From positions 8,802 to 72,801 of the forward strand of contig JAOPTW010000033.1 in assembly GCA_051532035.1 (NCBI GenBank): a DNA stretch of 64,000 nt. Reading direction: 5' to 3'. This stretch comes from Fibrobacterales bacterium. Its GTDB lineage: Bacteria; Fibrobacterota; Fibrobacteria; Fibrobacterales; JAOPTW01. Numbering within the stretch: the first letter of the stretch is position 1; every line of letters begins with the position of its first letter. Below the pieces are notes generated by a model. It saw only the letters and a program-made list of their open reading frames with translations, was not told where the DNA came from and ran no database searches. The position numbers and the translations under genes were made by a program. Shown here one piece after another: positions 59,627 to 64,000 of this stretch.

Positions 59627-60547
59627 CTACACTACACTCTTACTTTCGTGCTTCATCTTTCGTGCAAGCATAAGCTCTTCCAGTCGCTCTCGTCTCAAGA
59701 ACCTCAGTTTTATTTGATAGCAGATCTCATTACCCATAAGGATAATAACCCAGAGGCCAAAAATGAGGATCATAAAGAGAGGGAAGCTCGCAAGAGATCC
59801 GTAGAGAAGTGAGTACCGTGCCATCATAAGGCCTTGTACTTTGATCACCCCTGCAAGAAAAAAGAAGAGAAGTATGGTTGTAAGAGTCGAGGCAAAAAGA
59901 CTTGCTGGGAAGGGAACTTTAGCATTGGGGATATGGAAGTAAATCACATTGAGGGTAATCCAGGTCAGTACCGCAAAGAAAATATTGTAGGTTCCAAGGT
60001 AGAGTAGTGACTCGTAATCTGAGAAGGCGCCCGATGTTTCTAAAAGATTGTGCATTTCGGCTTTTATATTAAACATAAAGGCAGACATGATAAGGAGTGC
60101 AATGAGGAAGAAAAAGAGGATGGGGGTATAGGCAATAATTTTTTTGAAAGGGTTTCTGTTTTTGGGTATCCGCCAGGCCATATTCATACTCTCTTCAAGG
60201 GTACTCATGGCAAACCAGAAGGTAAAGAGAAGAATGGTAAAGCCCATAAACCCAAGAGACTGAAACTCTATTCCCTCCGCGTGTTTAATAAGCTGCAATA
60301 CGCCTTCGAGGGGCAGTCCTAAATTGAGTGCGCGGTTTATTTCTGGGAGAATTTTCGGAAGTAAATTAAAAACGCCAAAAAGATTGGCAATTGCAGATAC
60401 GATGATCACAACAGGGATAAACGCAATAGCGCTATCAAAGGCGAGAGCAGTTGCTCGAATAATACCTTTGTGAAACACAAAGTTCTTGAGGGCATCAAGA
60501 AATACTTCACGGAGAAGGAGGATGTTCGCTTTAGTTGTTGATTTCAT
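59627..60547 (-). CDS. YihY/BrkB family membrane protein
   Basis: ATALAF...AFIP, MNMAW, IPN and YSLLYGSLASFP motifs. Confidence 0.9.
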   Translation of the reverse strand: MKSTTKANILLLREVFLDALKNFVFHKGIIRATALAFDSAIAFIPVVIIVSAIANLFGVFNLLPKILPEINRALNLGLPLEGVLQLIKHAEGIEFQSLGFMGFTILLFTFWFAMSTLEESMNMAWRIPKNRNPFKKIIAYTPILFFFLIALLIMSAFMFNIKAEMHNLLETSGAFSDYESLLYLGTYNIFFAVLTWITLNVIYFHIPNAKVPFPASLFASTLTTILLFFFLAGVIKVQGLMMARYSLLYGSLASFPLFMILIFGLWVIILMGNEICYQIKLRFLRRERLEELMLARKMKHESKSVV

Positions 60548-60619
60548 GGTTTACAGAAATATAGACTAATATTTCGGTTTATGGGTACTGAGAGAAGTGA
60601 AGAGAATTCTAGGGAGAAT

Positions 60620-60655
60620 AAAAAGCGGCTGTTCCAAGGGGAACAGCCGCTTTTT
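60620..60655. terminator. Intrinsic terminator after the antiporter gene (bidirectional-looking)
   Basis: AAAAAGCGGCTGTTCC-AAGG-GGAACAGCCGCTTTTT perfect 16 bp IR. Confidence 0.88.
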
Positions 60656-60683
60656 GATTAATTACTTAATTTCCAATTGGGTC

Positions 60684-62234
60684 TCAGAAAAAGACAAATG
60701 TAGTGAGAATAAAGAGTGGTACTAGTATGAGAATTGACCAGATCATATAACCAAAAAATGAAGGCATTTTGATTTTATTCTCTTCTGCGATAGACTTTAC
60801 CATAAAGTTTGGCGCGTTACCGATATAGGTATTTGCACCCATAAAAACTGCACCCATACTAATAGCAAGGAGTGTCTGTGCACCAGTGGTCATGAGCTCA
60901 GCAGCATCACCTCCGGCAGTATTAAAAAATACGACATAGGTTGGTGCATTGTCGAGGAAACTCGATAGTACCCCAGTACACCAGAAGTACATAGAGTTAA
61001 CCGCTTCGCCACCTTCTCCGGTAACCAGGCCAACAACAACACCAAGGGGGCCATCAACGCCCTCTTTGAGCATTGCGATAGCGGGCACCATGGTGATAAA
61101 AATTGTCGCAAAGAGTTTAGCTACTTCAACAATAGGTTCCCATGTAAAGCTATTACCTTGACGAGTCTCTTTTTTGGTGATTTTAAGAGAGATAAAAGTA
61201 ATAAGTAAGAGTAGTCCAACCTGAAGCATAGACGCATATTGTATGTCAACGTGATGGAGTGTCAGGTGGCCGAGTGGAAGACTAGATAAGAGTACTGCAC
61301 CAACAATACACGGGAGTAAAAAGAAGTTTGCTTTTCCGTCAATGCTCAGTTTTTCGCCATTAGGGTTTTTCTCAGGCTTATTTGGCTCTTTTGAGTAGAG
61401 GAAGGTATCAATAGCAAAGTATACGAGTAACAGTACAACTAATGCAAAGACCATAGGTGAGAACATGTGAGTAGTTGTCCAGAAAAAGTCAACTCCTTTC
61501 AAGAAGCCAAGAAAGAGTGGTGGGTCTCCAAGAGGAGTAAGTGAACCGCCAATATTAGCTACCATAAAGATGAAAAATACGATGGTGTGTACTTGATACT
61601 TTCTCCAGGCATTTGCGCGAATGATTGGGCGAATGAGGAGCATTGCTGCACCTGTGGTGCCCATCCAACTTGCAAAAATAGAGCCGAGAATTAAAATGAT
61701 AGCATTAAGTTTTGGAGCGCCAACAAGTTCACCTTTAAGTCGTATACCACCCGCAACAGTAAAAAGCGCGAGGAGGAGTACAATAAAGGGGATAAACTCG
61801 AGGGTATATACTTCAATGAGATAGAAGGTCCCCATGTTTGCGCCATACTCTATAAAGAATGATATAACGAAGAGGAGTCCCCAAAAGAGTGAAACCTTAC
61901 CATAGTTGTGGTGCCAAAAGTGCTCGGCAACCAGTGGAAAGATTGCAATAGAGAGGAGTATTCCAAGGAATGGGATAAGCCATAAAAGGCTAATGTTTTT
62001 TCCGTCAAGGTGGGGAGCGTTTCCATGGCCACCTCCATGATCACCTGCTTCAGTAGCGGCGTGTCCTGCTTCAGTGTCGTGATGATCGGGTACTGCGCCA
62101 TGGTCGTGGCCGGATTGGTCTACAACGGCTTCAGTTGTGGCCCCTTCTGCCGCAGGGGCATTTTCAGTAGGCTGTACTTCTGCAAAACTCATTCCGATGA
62201 ACATCAGAAGAGTGAGTATCATGTGTTTAATCAT
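60684..62234 (-). CDS. Putative sodium:proton antiporter / IT-superfamily transporter with His-rich N-terminus
   Basis: GTTGAAMLLIRP, ANIGG.LTPLGDPPLFLG, LSSFLDNAPTY and GANTYIGNAPNFMVK motifs. Confidence 0.88.
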   Translation of the reverse strand: MIKHMILTLLMFIGMSFAEVQPTENAPAAEGATTEAVVDQSGHDHGAVPDHHDTEAGHAATEAGDHGGGHGNAPHLDGKNISLLWLIPFLGILLSIAIFPLVAEHFWHHNYGKVSLFWGLLFVISFFIEYGANMGTFYLIEVYTLEFIPFIVLLLALFTVAGGIRLKGELVGAPKLNAIILILGSIFASWMGTTGAAMLLIRPIIRANAWRKYQVHTIVFFIFMVANIGGSLTPLGDPPLFLGFLKGVDFFWTTTHMFSPMVFALVVLLLVYFAIDTFLYSKEPNKPEKNPNGEKLSIDGKANFFLLPCIVGAVLLSSLPLGHLTLHHVDIQYASMLQVGLLLLITFISLKITKKETRQGNSFTWEPIVEVAKLFATIFITMVPAIAMLKEGVDGPLGVVVGLVTGEGGEAVNSMYFWCTGVLSSFLDNAPTYVVFFNTAGGDAAELMTTGAQTLLAISMGAVFMGANTYIGNAPNFMVKSIAEENKIKMPSFFGYMIWSILILVPLFILTTFVFF

Positions 62235-62388
62235 TCCTTACCTTTTGTGAATTGTACGTTGAGTAATATATCCATATTTAGGTAAAAACATATTAATTTC
62301 TACCATAAAGATGTGAAAAACTAGGCTACTACGGCTGTTTTTAGAGCGATAGTGTAATGAGTGGCCTATGCTCAAAAAAGTAGAGGGC

Positions 62389-63036
62389 TTATGCGTGGAG
62401 TGCTTTTATATGAAATGTTTTACGGTGATAAGGGGAATAGCCGTGAGTGCGTATTGCTTCGATCTGCTCTTTTGATGGATACCCTTTGTTCTTCTTCCAG
62501 TTGTATTGAGGGTACTCGTCGTGCAGTACATCCATTAAATCATCTCGATATACTTTGGCAATAATTGAAGCTGCTGCAATAGAGCTTACCCGGCCGTCTC
62601 CTTTGATTACAGGAGTTTGGAGGTCAGGATCTATTTCTCTAATCTTGTGATTTCCATCTACAGCAAGGTGGTGCCATTCGGGGAGTTGTTCAAGTGCTCT
62701 GCGCATCGCAAGAAAGGTGGCATTGAGAATGTTAATCTCATCAATCTCTATGTGGGATGCTTCGCCTATGGCCCAGTGGAGTGCGTGCTCTTTAATAACA
62801 GGGTCAAGTATTTTTCTTTTTTTATCAGTCAATTTCTTTGAATCATTGAGCTCTGCAATGGGCTTCTGTGGGTTAAGTATAACGGCTGCTGCAACGACAG
62901 GTCCAGAAACAGGGCCGCGCCCTACCTCGTCAACTCCAGCCACTAGGATACCATATTTATTAAAAAGCCAATTTTGCGCCTCGGCCATGGTGAGGTCATC
63001 TAAATAATCAGGTGCCGGAATAGTAGACCCTCCCAT
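62389..63036 (-). CDS. rnhB: Ribonuclease HII
   Basis: AGVDEVGRGP..GPV, DSKKL, VDG, KGD..IAAASIIAKV.RD, NKGY and HRKTF motifs. Confidence 0.96.
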   Translation of the reverse strand: MGGSTIPAPDYLDDLTMAEAQNWLFNKYGILVAGVDEVGRGPVSGPVVAAAVILNPQKPIAELNDSKKLTDKKRKILDPVIKEHALHWAIGEASHIEIDEINILNATFLAMRRALEQLPEWHHLAVDGNHKIREIDPDLQTPVIKGDGRVSSIAAASIIAKVYRDDLMDVLHDEYPQYNWKKNKGYPSKEQIEAIRTHGYSPYHRKTFHIKALHA

Positions 63037-63631
63037 TATTTATTGTTACGTTGCCTTTTGAGAATGCTTCGATTACACGCCAATAGATGTCGTGCTCCGT
63101 AGCGAGAACTCGCTCGGCAAGGTTCTCTGGGGTATCATCATCTAATATGGGCACTGATTGCTGTTTAATGATTTTTCCACAATCATACTCTTCATTTACA
63201 AAATGGACTGTTGCCCCAGAAATTTTTGCACCATGTTCTATAGCAGCACTATGCACATGCATACCAAAGAGGCCATGTCCACCAAAAGAGGGGAGAAGTG
63301 ATGGGTGAATGTTGATAATTCTCTGAGGAAGTGCCGCAATGACGCCATCGGGAATTTTTTTCATATATCCCGCTAAAACTAATAGATCGATGTTTGACTC
63401 TTGTACAATACGAGTAATCTCAGCATCACGTTCATCTTCCTTGGGGTGTGTTTTTGCAGAGAGATGGTGCACCGGAATCTTGAGGTCGAGTGCCTTTTGA
63501 GCTGCACCGCTCTTGGAGTTATTGGTCAGCAAGAAGGAGCAAGTGATGGGGAGGTTTAGTTGGGCAATTTTCTGGGCAATCGCTTTAAAATTTGAACCGC
63601 CCCCTGAGGCAAATATTCCGATGGTATACAT
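63008..63631 (-). CDS. purN: Phosphoribosylglycinamide formyltransferase
   Basis: ASGGGSNF, LAGYM, INIHPSLLP and GATVHFV..YD.G motifs. Confidence 0.96.
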   Translation of the reverse strand: MYTIGIFASGGGSNFKAIAQKIAQLNLPITCSFLLTNNSKSGAAQKALDLKIPVHHLSAKTHPKEDERDAEITRIVQESNIDLLVLAGYMKKIPDGVIAALPQRIINIHPSLLPSFGGHGLFGMHVHSAAIEHGAKISGATVHFVNEEYDCGKIIKQQSVPILDDDTPENLAERVLATEHDIYWRVIEAFSKGNVTINNGRVYYSGT

Positions 63632-63849
63632 AGGGTCTATCTTTAGTTATCCTGTTAATGACATGAGTAAATTTAGTTAAAAATATCAAAGAGTATTGAA
63701 ATTGGAATAGGTGCCATCGTTTTGCTGGGCGATATTGTGACGCTGTAATGTGCTGTAAAATATACACGAAGCATGCGTTTGAGTCTGTTACGACTCTATA
63801 TTAAAGAGAGAGGGAGACTCGTTTAGGAAGTTTTAATTGGGAGAGTGTT

Positions 63850-63927
63850 ATGTCAAAAAATGAATTGATAATAGTCTCACACTTTACAACACTGTTTTTT
63901 GTGACTTTTGTTGTTTTGAGTGTATAA
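63850..63927 (+). CDS. Possible 25 aa hydrophobic small protein
   Basis: GGAGAG RBS, then MSKNELIIVSHFTTLFFVTFVVLSV*. Confidence 0.25.
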   Translation: MSKNELIIVSHFTTLFFVTFVVLSV

Positions 63928-64000
63928 GGAGAGGTGCTTATCTAATAAAAGCATTCAATCCAGTACTTCTCGGTCACAGAGCATGATTTTGTCTAAATAA

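Noticed and set aside
1..64000. Prophage, IS element, integron, rRNA or tRNA
   Set aside because: No integrase, transposase or phage protein motifs, and no tRNA or rRNA signatures recognised by eye.

Overview
AT-rich chromosomal window from a diderm bacterium. The HisG and S41 lipoprotein types and a T9SS/Fibrobacter-like C-terminal domain suggest Fibrobacterota; this is inference from remembered homologues, not a search. It is mostly housekeeping and metabolic genes (end of rpoC, rpsL-rpsG, hisE-hisG, aroD, aroA, hom, nth, lpxH, manB, glpD, lipA-bioA-tsaA, dxs, dnaX-ybaB, rnhB, purN) mixed with envelope and signalling genes. I recognised no rRNA, tRNA, cas genes, integrase or transposase. 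Most notable: (1) dnaX is split at an A10 run, so the long tau form needs a -1 frame change; (2) a self-contained sigma-54 module (OM barrel, membrane kinase, bEBP, then a convergent barrel plus CsgG-like operon with a consensus -24/-12 promoter and TGCGCA palindromes); (3) two ~105 bp palindromic elements with conserved structure but divergent stems, plus a REP-like hairpin array; (4) an LPP20 / TPR-SLH / FlgT-CsgG-like envelope operon; (5) a Kazal-inhibitor pseudogene missing from the ORF track; (6) a Schlafen/AlbA_2 protein; (7) unusual fusions or homologues (GGDEF-like plus sugar transferase, DacB plus DUF1460, acyltransferase-ACP-ligase, TEX264-like, NSUN3/4-like, 2B-less UvrD). All family calls come from motif recognition by eye.
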